Positions 1-8,863 of a DNA stretch of 64,000 nt are shown here, piece by piece (the first letter of the stretch is position 1; each line of letters begins with the position of its first letter). Made by a program: the position numbers and the translations under genes. Source of the DNA: an uncultured Bacteroidales bacterium (GTDB taxonomy: Bacteria; Bacteroidota; Bacteroidia; Bacteroidales; VadinHA17); contig CAVTDE010000008.1 of the NCBI GenBank assembly GCA_963733455.1, forward strand, positions 70,291 through 134,290, in the 5' to 3' direction. The notes under the pieces were generated by a model, which ran no database searches, was not told the origin of the DNA, and worked only from the letters and a program-made list of their open reading frames with translations.

Positions 1-543
1 CATAAATGCTGCTGCAATCGGGGCATGGTTATGATCGGGGGTCCCGATCACCACAGCATCAATCGATTTCTCTTTGTCGAGCATCCGGCGCCAGTCGGTA
101 TATACTTTTGCCTTTGGATAGCCCTTGATCACATGAGCGGCAAAGTTAGTGTCCACATCACACAGAGCATAAATATTTGCCAGCTTAACCGGCTGCCTGT
201 TCTCCTGAGGTCTTTGCTGCTGAGCACCCTGGGGGCGGTTTGCCATCCTGGCTTCCCTGACGGCGAGCTCCTCCTTGCTCAAAGGCTGACCGGTACTTGT
301 TCGCTGTGGAGATACGATCGGCACTTCCGGATCGCATAAACCCCTTATATCGGAAGCTCCCCTGGCGCCAATCCCGATGCCTGCAACATTAAGTGTATCG
401 CTGGGCTGCATATAGCCTTTCCCGGGCATGACATGACGGGGAATTATTGTAATACCGGCACCTGCTGCACCTACAGTACCGAGGAATTTCCTCCGTGAAA
501 GACTTTTTGAGGACTTGCTTTTCTCTTTGTCATTTGTAGTCAT
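1..543 (-). CDS. Gfo/Idh/MocA-family oxidoreductase with twin-arginine signal, N-terminal part (gene runs off the window start)
   Basis: Absent from the ORF track because it is open at the window edge. Reverse-strand translation from ATG 543-541 gives MTTNDKEKSKSSKSLSRRKFLGTVGAAGAGI (SRRKFL Tat motif). It continues with NVAGIGIGARG (Rossmann GxGxxG) and ends DAVVIGTPDHNHAPIAAAFM. There are no stops through position 1. Confidence 0.75.
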   Translation of the reverse strand, partial: MTTNDKEKSKSSKSLSRRKFLGTVGAAGAGITIIPRHVMPGKGYMQPSDTLNVAGIGIGARGASDIRGLCDPEVPIVSPQRTSTGQPLSKEELAVREARMANRPQGAQQQRPQENRQPVKLANIYALCDVDTNFAAHVIKGYPKAKVYTDWRRMLDKEKSIDAVVIGTPDHNHAPIAAAFM

Positions 544-879
544 GGATTTCTCCTTTCATTAATGATTAATTGATAAATAACGCAAAATAATAGTAAACCA
601 AAACTCCGGGGATCGCATAATCCGCCATCCCGGATTCAGTTCCCGGGGTTACAGGTGATCAAATGTAAATAATTAAATGGCATACATTATCCGGAGGTAA
701 TTAAAAAATTATGCATTTAAAAAATTAAGACGGATTACGCTGTATGGGCTTCACATCGGGACTCTGCGGACTTCTCGCAACAGACCGGGACAGGTTCTGT
801 AAGTTCCTGATTGATCTTAAGTTTACATTTGTTAATTTTACAGCATCAACAGACCATTAATTGAAAACCTCTTTTCAAG

Positions 880-3864
880 TTGACAGACTGGTTTAATATA
901 AAAATATTAGTCTCAGCTGTATCCGGGCTCAAAGTAAGCTGTTTAATGCTTTTACTGACATGCCCGCTTCAGGTGAGTGCTCAAAACTATCCGTTAAGGG
1001 AATATACGGTGCTTGAGGGTTTGCCCCAGACACAGGCCCGAAGTTTATTTCAGGATAGCCGCGGGTTTTTATGGGTTATCACAAGGAATGGCATATCACG
1101 TTTTGATGGGATCGAATTCAAAAATTTCTTCAGGAAGGATGGCCTTCCGTCAAATAATGTTACTCAGATATTTGAAGATAAAAATGGATATATAATTGCC
1201 CATTCATCGGATGGATTATCACGTTTCGACGGGTATAATTTTGAATTTTTCCCTTACAATGAGAAACTTCCGTCTGAAAGATTCCTTCATGCAGATGCTG
1301 TCAATGATACAATCCTCTTAATTCTGTATAACAATGTAACTCTTCATAATAAACTTATCTGTTTTATTAATGGGATTTATTCAGAATACCCAAAGGAAAA
1401 TCATCTGCTTGATACTATGGACATTAATTTTATGACTTATGATATTCCGTCCGGATTCTTATTTCTTGTAGATTCATTTCATAATCTTTGGAAATGGCGC
1501 AATGGAAATTTGATCCCTGTAACAGATACTAAAATCCGTGCAATGAAACGCGACAGGGGAAAAACTGTCCTTGAAGGCTATGGTAAATCCTACGAGATTT
1601 CAGGAGGCCGGATCGTAAGAAAAAATTTTATCAATGATGATGGGCGAACTGAGATCATGGACGAGGACACAGAAGCGGGAGATTTTCTCGATGTCTATAA
1701 AGGAGGGACTGTGACGAAAATAAACCATCCATATTATTCCTCCTCTTTAATTGATAATGAATCAAACATCTGGTTCGGCACTGAAGTGAATCTTTACATG
1801 CTTACTTCCACTGCATTCTCTTACCTTGATGATGGAGATGGCCTGCCAAAAAATACCTGGGCAATTGCTGAGGACCTGAAGGGGCAAATCTGGTTTGGCT
1901 CTTTAACAGGTGACTTACTTGTCTATGACGGGAAAGAATTCGTTCCGAGGAATGATTACAGAAAACTATTTGGCAGCGACCCCGCATTTTATAAAGGAAG
2001 CATCAGAAGTTCAGACGGTAATGTATATTTTTCACTTAATCAGGGTGTATTGATCTGGAACGGGAATACCTTTTCAAGACTTTCCGGGATACCTGACTTT
2101 ACCCAGGTTTGTATAATTTATGAAGATCCGGATGACAGATCACTTCTGTTCGGAACTGAGTACGGACTCTATCATATAAAGAACGGGAAAACAGAATGCT
2201 GTACGGATTTGACATCCAATAAGTTTGGTATAACCGAGGGAATTGTAAACGATGATTTGGGAGGATACTGGTTGTCGGGCGAAAAAGGTATCGTCCATTT
2301 TGACGGAAGAAATTGTACTCCTTTGATCGATTCGCTTATGCCCACGGGTTATACCTATACCCTGGTTAAAGATAACCGTGGAGGCATCTGGGTAACATCT
2401 GATGAAGGGTTGTTTTTCAAGGGCAAATCGTCAGCGGGTCTCCGGTATGGATTGCCGGAGGAGCTTAATACCTCTGTCAATTCAATTATCCTGATGGACA
2501 CATCACATATTCTGGTTGGAAGAATGGCCGACATATGTATTATAAACACAACCAGATTTTATAATAATGACCCTGACTATTTCAAGATTTACGACAGTTC
2601 TTATGGATTCACCGGAAATAATTGCCTCGATAACGGTATCATAAAAGACAAGCAGGGCCATTTATGGATACTAAGTTCAGGCAGGGTCAATATTCTCGAT
2701 CCAAAAAAGCTGACGCCAAATATCTACCCTCCAAAAGTTAATGTTACTGATATCGAATATGAGACTGACAGTATGACCTGGGAATCATTACATATCGATG
2801 GCCTGTTTTATAATAAACAGGGAGAAGTAAGGATAAATCATAAAAATAATAACCTGCGTTTCAGGTTCACGGGGATCTCAACAACAAATCCCGGCCAGGT
2901 GATGTACCAGTATCGTCTGACGGGACATGAGGATGTGTGGTCTCATAAGAATTATGCAAGGGAAGCAATATTTCAGGGTCTCTCGCCAGGGGATTATGAA
3001 TTCCAGTTAAAAGCTTTTAATTGTGATGGAAGAGAAACACCTGAAATTTACTCGGTTAAGTTCAGCGTTACACCCGGCATCTGGCAAACACTGGTATTTA
3101 AGACCATTGCCATTATTTCGCTTCTTGCATTAATAGTCCTGATTACATGGCGAATTGCAAAAGTATTTGTGAAGAAGAAAAACGAGGACGAAGAGTTGAA
3201 AAGCGAGATGAAATGGCTTCAGATGAATTCAATAATAAGGCAATTTGATCCTCATTTTACATTTAATGTAATCTCATCGGTCGGTTCACTTATCATGAAG
3301 GGGAAGAAGGAAACCGCCTATAATTATATCGTAAAACTCTCGGGATTGCTCAGAACCGTGCTGGCCGACGGATCGGTGATGATCAGACCATTATCGGAAG
3401 AAATTGATTTCGTCAGAAAGTATTGTGAGCTTCAGGAACTGAGATTCAAGGAAAGGCTTACAACCTCCTTTATCATAGGCGAAAATGTAGATCTGCAGCG
3501 TCATATACCCAAAATGACTATTCAGACCTTCGTAGAAAATTCAATAAAGCACGGCATTGAAAACAGATTTGAAGGCGGACAGGTAACGGTCAGGATTGAA
3601 GAAAACGACCATTCACTCGAAATTTTAGTCACGGATAATGGTGTCGGAAGAAAATCTGCTGAATCTATAACATCAAACCGAAGCGGTTACGGTTTGAAAA
3701 CAATAAATGCTATATTTGATTTCATGAACCGGATCAACAGGGTAAAAGCCAGGATCGAGATCATGGATCTTGCTGACAACCATAATAAAGCAGCCGGAAC
3801 TGAAGTGAAAGTTACAATCCCCGATGATTATATTTTTGAGCTTAAAACAATCACAAGACCCTAA
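880..3864 (+). CDS. Sensor histidine kinase: periplasmic propeller/Y_Y_Y sensor fused to a LytS-type kinase core
   Basis: 994-aa ORF with repeated propeller-like segments (GLSRFDG, NIWFGT, GQIWFGS, GGIWVTS). Has a Y_Y_Y-like block (YQYRLTGHEDVWS...GDYEFQLKA) and one TM (LVFKTIAIISLLALIVLITW). The LytS-type His_kinase motif QFDPHFTFNVISS and an HATPase part (DNGVGR...GYGLKTI) follow. The track start is TTG at 880; the first in-frame ATG is at 946. Confidence 0.85.
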   Translation: MTDWFNIKILVSAVSGLKVSCLMLLLTCPLQVSAQNYPLREYTVLEGLPQTQARSLFQDSRGFLWVITRNGISRFDGIEFKNFFRKDGLPSNNVTQIFEDKNGYIIAHSSDGLSRFDGYNFEFFPYNEKLPSERFLHADAVNDTILLILYNNVTLHNKLICFINGIYSEYPKENHLLDTMDINFMTYDIPSGFLFLVDSFHNLWKWRNGNLIPVTDTKIRAMKRDRGKTVLEGYGKSYEISGGRIVRKNFINDDGRTEIMDEDTEAGDFLDVYKGGTVTKINHPYYSSSLIDNESNIWFGTEVNLYMLTSTAFSYLDDGDGLPKNTWAIAEDLKGQIWFGSLTGDLLVYDGKEFVPRNDYRKLFGSDPAFYKGSIRSSDGNVYFSLNQGVLIWNGNTFSRLSGIPDFTQVCIIYEDPDDRSLLFGTEYGLYHIKNGKTECCTDLTSNKFGITEGIVNDDLGGYWLSGEKGIVHFDGRNCTPLIDSLMPTGYTYTLVKDNRGGIWVTSDEGLFFKGKSSAGLRYGLPEELNTSVNSIILMDTSHILVGRMADICIINTTRFYNNDPDYFKIYDSSYGFTGNNCLDNGIIKDKQGHLWILSSGRVNILDPKKLTPNIYPPKVNVTDIEYETDSMTWESLHIDGLFYNKQGEVRINHKNNNLRFRFTGISTTNPGQVMYQYRLTGHEDVWSHKNYAREAIFQGLSPGDYEFQLKAFNCDGRETPEIYSVKFSVTPGIWQTLVFKTIAIISLLALIVLITWRIAKVFVKKKNEDEELKSEMKWLQMNSIIRQFDPHFTFNVISSVGSLIMKGKKETAYNYIVKLSGLLRTVLADGSVMIRPLSEEIDFVRKYCELQELRFKERLTTSFIIGENVDLQRHIPKMTIQTFVENSIKHGIENRFEGGQVTVRIEENDHSLEILVTDNGVGRKSAESITSNRSGYGLKTINAIFDFMNRINRVKARIEIMDLADNHNKAAGTEVKVTIPDDYIFELKTITRP

Positions 3865-3880
3865 GTTAAACACCAAATAA

Positions 3881-4627
3881 ATGAGCAGGATCCTTGAAGC
3901 TGTAATTATTGAAGATGAATCCGAATCGCTAAATCTTCTTCAGGACCTTATAAACGAAAACAGCAGTGTAAAAGTGACCGGATCGACAACTGATCCATCC
4001 AAAGCTGTTAACCTGATCCTCCTGGCCGATCCTGATATCGTCTTTCTTGATATTAAAATGCCTGGAAAAAACGGCTTTGAAATACTTGATGACCTGCATA
4101 AAATCAATTCAATGCATCCATACATTGTTTTTATCACCGCCTATGATGAATTCGCAATTAAGGCATTTGAGTATGCAGCTTTTGATTATTTGCTTAAACC
4201 AGTTGAACCAAAACGCCTGAATGAAACCATCCTCAGGTGCAAAGAGAATAAAGTTGCCGGTGAACGACAGGCAACTTCCCTGCTACTTGATTCCTATAAG
4301 AAGCTATTCTTCCGGAATATTTCAGGGGTTGTCATAATCGATCCTGAGGAGGTAATTTATATTGAGGCAGATGGAAACTATTCGAAATTCCATTTAAGCG
4401 ATAACAAATCGGAGACGGTAACTTCTCTTCTCCATAAGGTTGAAGAACAGCTGAATGCGGAAAGGTTTTTCAGGATAAGCAGGTCGAATATCATCAACAC
4501 CGGATACCTGAAGAGAATAAATACAAAACAACTGCAGTGCGTATTAAACAAGGACGGAATCGAATTCAGGATTGATATCTCCAGGGATAAGATCAATCAG
4601 CTCATTGAAAAGATGAAGCTTCAATAA
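3881..4627 (+). CDS. LytTR-family response regulator
   Basis: Receiver domain (DIVFLDIKMPGKNGFE) plus a C-terminal LytTR DNA-binding domain (VIYIEADGNYSKFHL...FFRISRSNIIN). Starts 17 nt after the kinase stop, so it is probably an operon partner. Confidence 0.9.
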   Translation: MSRILEAVIIEDESESLNLLQDLINENSSVKVTGSTTDPSKAVNLILLADPDIVFLDIKMPGKNGFEILDDLHKINSMHPYIVFITAYDEFAIKAFEYAAFDYLLKPVEPKRLNETILRCKENKVAGERQATSLLLDSYKKLFFRNISGVVIIDPEEVIYIEADGNYSKFHLSDNKSETVTSLLHKVEEQLNAERFFRISRSNIINTGYLKRINTKQLQCVLNKDGIEFRIDISRDKINQLIEKMKLQ

Positions 4628-4899
4628 GTTACTCCTACCCCTTAACCTAAATTCTTTCCTTTATACAGCCAGATGTTTATTTTATACAGTGGTTTGTGTT
4701 CTTCATACAAACCCTGTTAAGATGTTAAAAAATGAGCAGATTTAGGATTATTTTCGTATGAAACATAATGACAGATATCCATAAAGCCTTAACTGAATTA
4801 AAAAACAACGACTAATAAAGAAGTACAAACCGATTAAAAGATATTTCCAATTCCGGAGTTAAATTCCCCAATTTCCCCGTATTCCCCGGAATTTCTTAC

Positions 4900-4934
4900 C
4901 CCCTGCAGATGTTATCCGACTATAACTGCAGGGG
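4900..4934 (+). terminator. Terminator-like hairpin
   Basis: CCCCTGCAG-17 nt-CTGCAGGGG (9-bp perfect stem) followed by TTCTTATTT. It lies about 270 nt downstream of the regulator stop, so which transcript it ends is unclear. Confidence 0.3.
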
Positions 4935-5064
4935 TTCTTATTTAATATCGCTTCCTGACCGCCGGCAAAACAAACTTTTGTGTTGAAGGATTGTTATTTG
5001 CATTGGCTAATTTGCTGTTATATGGAAAGATGAGAGACTTTAAAACTTTTAAATATTACGGGTT

Positions 5065-5461
5065 ATGAATACGAAGACATTTCTTTCAAAATACGAGTTG
5101 CAGATATATTCTGTACTACGGATTGTTGCCGGCTTCCTTTTTTTATGGCATGGTTCGCAAAAGTTGTTTGGATTTCCTGTTTCACAATATCCTATTCCGG
5201 CTTACCTGGTTATTATTGCCGGTCCAATAGAGTTTTTTGGCGGTCTGCTTGTAATGTCAGGGTTATGGACCAGGTGGGCTGCATTTATATGCAGCGGTGA
5301 GATGGCTTTTGCATACTGGAAAGTACATGGATTGCATGCATTGCTCCCATTTCCTGAACGGAGGTGAACTGGCAATGTTATACTGTTTCGTGTTCCTTTA
5401 CATTTCAGCAAGGGGATCAGGAGTGTTCAGCATTGAAACTTTGCTCACCAAAAAGAAATAA
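5065..5461 (+). pseudogene. DoxX-family membrane protein, split by a +1 frameshift
   Basis: Frame 1 (5065-5367) gives the DoxX-like sequence YSVLRIVAGFLFLWHGSQKLFG...GGLLVMSGLWTRWAAF. Frame 2 continues FLNGGELAMLYCFVFLYISARGSGVFSIETLLTKKK and stops at 5459-5461. One extra C near 5353-5354 (TTTCCTG) separates the two parts. Confidence 0.7.
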
Positions 5462-5556
5462 AACGATGGATAAGTCTTATATTTGTTGCTTATTCAGGAT
5501 GTTAATTAAGTTATCCTGCCTGAACAGCGAAGTGAACAAATAAAACTTGATCCATC

Positions 5557-6912
5557 ATGAAAAGGACATTCATAACGACCGGCATTATTGTGGCGATAAC
5601 AGTTATTGCCTTGATTATTTTCAATAAACTGTTCTCAAAGAAAAGCAACGCAAACATCTATGAGGAAGTTAAAAAGGGCACTTTCGAGGTTACAATAACC
5701 GGGGCTGGGGAGCTGATAGCCGAAAAGTCGCTTGATATTATGGGCCCTGCTCTGGCACCAAACACAAATCAGGGTGGCGACCGTGGCGGCGGTGGAAGGG
5801 GTGGCGATTTCCATATTATGGATTTTAAGATTCAGGATATTGTCCCGGAAGGGACGATCGTAAAGGAAGGGGACTATATTGCCCAGCTCGACAGAACGTC
5901 ATACGACAATACTTTGAAGGATGCACTTGAAAACCTGAAGACACTTCAAACCAATGTTGAAATGAAAATTCTTGATACCACCATGACGCTGACGACCCTC
6001 AGAGATGATATCAAGAATCAGAGATTTGCTGTGGAAGAGGCTGCAATAGCACTTGATCAGTCGAAATTTGAGCCTCCCGCAATCATACGTCAGGCCGAGA
6101 TGAATCTGGACAAAGCAAAGAGAGGGCTTGAACAAAAGATAAAAGGCTATGAATTGAAAGTGGCACAATCTCTTACAGCTATCAACCACGAAAAATTGCA
6201 TCTTACGAGAGGGACTGCCCTCGTAAGTGATCTTCAGGATTTTCTGGCACAATTTACGATAAAGGCGCCTTCTTCAGGAATGGTAACCTACAAAAAAGAC
6301 AGGCTCGGGATTAAAAGGAAATCAGGATCATCAATTAATCCTTTCGACAGGGTCATTGCAACGCTTCCGGATCTTACTTCTATGATATCGAAGTTCTATG
6401 TAAGTGAAATAGAGGTGAGCAAGGTTAAGCAGGGGCAGAAAGTAACAATCAATGTGGATGCTCTGCCCGACAAAGCCTTTACAGGAACTGTCCTGACTGT
6501 CGCCAATATCGGTGAGCAGCTGCCAAATTCCGATGCAAAAATGTTTGAAGTGCAGATCAAAGTCAATGAATCTGACCCGACTCTCAGACCGTCCATGACG
6601 ACTGGTAATAAAATCATAATCAATTCATACGATAATGTTATCTACATTGCCAGCGAATGTGTCCAGACAGGCAGCGACAGTATCCCGTTTGTTTATGAAA
6701 AAAACAAAACCAAACAGATAGTGGTACTTGGAGAATCGAATGAAAAGAATGTTATCGTCGAGCAGGGACTGCAGCCGGGAAATGCTCTGTATGTAATCAC
6801 ACCTGAAAAACCAGAGACATTCAGAATGAAAGGAGAGGAACTTGTTCCTGTAATAAAAGAGCGGGAGAAAGCCAAAAGAGCTGCAAATAACAAATACATC
6901 ACCAAAGGTTAA
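5557..6912 (+). CDS. HlyD/MacA-type efflux periplasmic adaptor (membrane fusion protein)
   Basis: 451 aa with an N-terminal TM anchor and a central coiled-coil. Barrel-type C-terminal blocks (IKAPSSGMVTYK, VKQGQKVTINVDALPDKAFTGTV). Has an unusual Gly/Arg insert NQGGDRGGGGRGGD. Confidence 0.8.
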   Translation: MKRTFITTGIIVAITVIALIIFNKLFSKKSNANIYEEVKKGTFEVTITGAGELIAEKSLDIMGPALAPNTNQGGDRGGGGRGGDFHIMDFKIQDIVPEGTIVKEGDYIAQLDRTSYDNTLKDALENLKTLQTNVEMKILDTTMTLTTLRDDIKNQRFAVEEAAIALDQSKFEPPAIIRQAEMNLDKAKRGLEQKIKGYELKVAQSLTAINHEKLHLTRGTALVSDLQDFLAQFTIKAPSSGMVTYKKDRLGIKRKSGSSINPFDRVIATLPDLTSMISKFYVSEIEVSKVKQGQKVTINVDALPDKAFTGTVLTVANIGEQLPNSDAKMFEVQIKVNESDPTLRPSMTTGNKIIINSYDNVIYIASECVQTGSDSIPFVYEKNKTKQIVVLGESNEKNVIVEQGLQPGNALYVITPEKPETFRMKGEELVPVIKEREKAKRAANNKYITKG

Positions 6913-6941
6913 TATAATCCCGTTATACTTTTAGCAACATT

Positions 6942-8042
6942 TCATAATTCCATTGTTATCATAAATAACCTTGTTTTTGTTAAACTCGGTATGATATTCC
7001 AATAACGGATATCCCTGCCTTTTATATCTTTGTCGTAACGTATTGTAAATCCAAGAAAGTTAAAGCTTTCCTTCCTTGCATCGATTTTGCGGGTTTTGCC
7101 TTCATTGAGGCTTAAACCCATTCGATGCAGCAGGTTTTTGAGCTTTACTATTACTTCTTCAGGTAACTTCTTTCCCATTAACACAAAATCATCTGCATAG
7201 CGTACTATCTGCACTCCGTGCTTACTAAACAAACTATGGGAACTATTTACTATCCTGTCAAGTAAATGGAAGTAAATATTGGCAAGCAGTGGTGATATCA
7301 CTCCTCCCTGTGGCGTACCTTTATGATTGCCTTTACCACTCTTGTACTGACCATCCTCATAAACAGATACTTTCAGCCATTTGTTTATCAGCTTAAGTAT
7401 CCTCGGGTCGGCTACCCTTTGCTTCAGTGCTATCTGAAGCTTGTCGTGTGGTATCGTATCAAAGTACTTACTCAGGTCGGCATCATAGACCTCTGCCTTG
7501 TCTTCCTTCAGATGCTCTTTTATCGCCGTTATCGCATCTTTTGAACTGCGTCCCGGGCGAAAACCATACGAGCTATCCTCAAAGTCTGCCTCAAATATCG
7601 GCTCAAGTATCATCTTACATACTGTCTGCGCTATCCTGTCCCTGACTGTTGGAATACCTAACGGACGTTCTCCACCATTGGCCTTGGGTATCATTACCCG
7701 TTTTACTGCCTGTGGCTGGTAGGTCTGCTTTCGTAATTCCTCTCCAAGTTCTTTCAGATAGTTGTCTACTCCATAATCCTCTACCTTCTCTATTGTAATC
7801 CCATCAACTCCCGGCGCTCCGTTATTCGACTTAACGCTCTTCCACGCCTCTCTCAGAAAATACGGAATGAACATCTTATCGTACAGTACATAAAACTTAT
7901 ACTCTCGCTCTTGCTTGGCTTTCTGATATAGTTTCTCCTGTAATATTGACACCCTTTCTGCATCCGGTATCTGGCCACGTCGTCTTTTGAACAACTCGCC
8001 CTGTCCTTCTGCTTCGACTCTTTCATGATTCATGACTATCAA
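6942..8042 (-). CDS. Group II intron-type reverse transcriptase, C-terminally truncated (no maturase/X domain)
   Basis: RT motifs are present: NGAPGVDG, IPKANGGERPLGIPTVRDRIAQ, YGFRPGRSSKDAI, DADLSKYFDTIPHD, GTPQGGVISPLLANIY, VRYADDFVLMG and FNFLGFTI. The ORF ends about 30 aa after RT block 7. The first ATG is at 8033; the track start is TTG at 8042. Confidence 0.8.
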   Translation of the reverse strand: MIVMNHERVEAEGQGELFKRRRGQIPDAERVSILQEKLYQKAKQEREYKFYVLYDKMFIPYFLREAWKSVKSNNGAPGVDGITIEKVEDYGVDNYLKELGEELRKQTYQPQAVKRVMIPKANGGERPLGIPTVRDRIAQTVCKMILEPIFEADFEDSSYGFRPGRSSKDAITAIKEHLKEDKAEVYDADLSKYFDTIPHDKLQIALKQRVADPRILKLINKWLKVSVYEDGQYKSGKGNHKGTPQGGVISPLLANIYFHLLDRIVNSSHSLFSKHGVQIVRYADDFVLMGKKLPEEVIVKLKNLLHRMGLSLNEGKTRKIDARKESFNFLGFTIRYDKDIKGRDIRYWNIIPSLTKTRLFMITMEL

Positions 8043-8491
8043 TTCTGTCTGGTCTTTATTCTTTGAAACATTATTTATAGTAATGCCCCTTCGCTCCTCC
8101 CGATTTTACCTTTTCGGGTATCCTCACTACTACGGGCATATCCGACTCCCTCGACTACGGTAGACATCCCGTATCGTTAGGGTCTCCCACGTTCATGCGC
8201 TACCTTCGTCCTGCACGCAACACCATCCTACTCCGGGTATCTGCTGGACTGCTCCTTACCGTTTCTTCATCCAGCATCGCAGGTTTCATCAGCTTTGGTA
8301 GATTAACCGATACCATTCAGCGTAACGAAGCCTAATTGATGCAGCTTACAGGAGCCGTAACACCTGAGCTTCACAAAGACCGTTTCCGGGCAGTGCGTCA
8401 GGTGTACTTCAACCTGAACGGCAAATTGGGTTGTAAGGTTCTTTCATCCTTATAGGTATTTATTTATATTAACGCACGCCTCGTGGCGCAC
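6942..8491 (-). mobile_element. Group II intron, 5' part only (ribozyme domains upstream of the ORF plus a truncated RT ORF); domains V/VI missing
   Basis: The minus strand shows GTGCG at 8477-8473 and GTGCGC at 8491-8486, matching the canonical intron 5' end. About 435-450 nt of GC-rich, hairpin-rich non-coding sequence follows before the RT start. Only 29 nt separate the RT stop (6942) from the HlyD stop (6912), which leaves no room for domains V and VI. Confidence 0.7.
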
Positions 8492-8630
8492 CAAAGCACG
8501 CAAAGTTAAAACATTAATAATTAGCTCTTTGCGTGCCGATAGCTATCGGCATTTGCGTAAATCCTTCGCGATCTTTGCGCCTGCCTGCCGGTAGGCAGGG
8601 TTAATGGATTTAGACATTTTAAACAGCCCC
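8468..8630 (+). repeat. MITE-like hairpin repeat, family A, copy A1 (left end replaced by or merged with the intron 5' end)
   Basis: Matches copies A2-A4 from CAAAGCACGCAAAGTTAAAACATTAATAATTAGCTCTTTGCGTGCCGATAGCTATCGGCATTTGCGTAAATCCTTCGCGATCTTTGCG to GGATTTAGACATTTTAAACAGCCCC. It lacks the GGGGTTGT...AAAAAGCC left terminus. Confidence 0.8.
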
Positions 8631-8863
8631 TGACCGTGATTATCGGCACCTGTTTGAACCTTAGTAATAGTTCACCTTACATGATGAAAGCTGCAGGCAG
8701 GCAATCTTAATTAATTCTTAATGTAATCTTTATCTAATCTTAATATACAATACTTCAGTAAAATATAACTTTATATGTGAAATCCAAATTCCAGGCATGT
8801 AAAATACCGTGAGCGGGCTATTACACACAGGCTCAGAGTAAGTGAGCTTCATTCAAGCTAAAC

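Noticed and set aside
25-339. 104-aa plus-strand ORF at the window start
   Set aside because: It is antisense to the much better supported Gfo/Idh/MocA gene, which has a Tat signal and Rossmann motif.
4628-4899. Small ORF or ncRNA between the LytTR gene and the hairpin at 4900
   Set aside because: Only trivial ORFs are present (for example MKHNDRYP), and I could not defend any conserved structure by eye. The hairpin alone is reported.
6942-8042. RT as a retron, DGR or defence-associated RT
   Set aside because: Motifs (YGFRPGRS, PQGGVISPLL, YADD, FLGF) and the upstream GTGCG-initiated structured RNA fit group II intron RTs. I saw no template/variable repeat pair and no msr/msd-like inverted repeats.
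8428-8467. GGGTTGTAAGG as the missing left terminus of MITE copy A1
   Set aside because: Only 8 nt match the family terminus, and 30 extra unrelated nt would be needed. It is more simply part of intron domain I.
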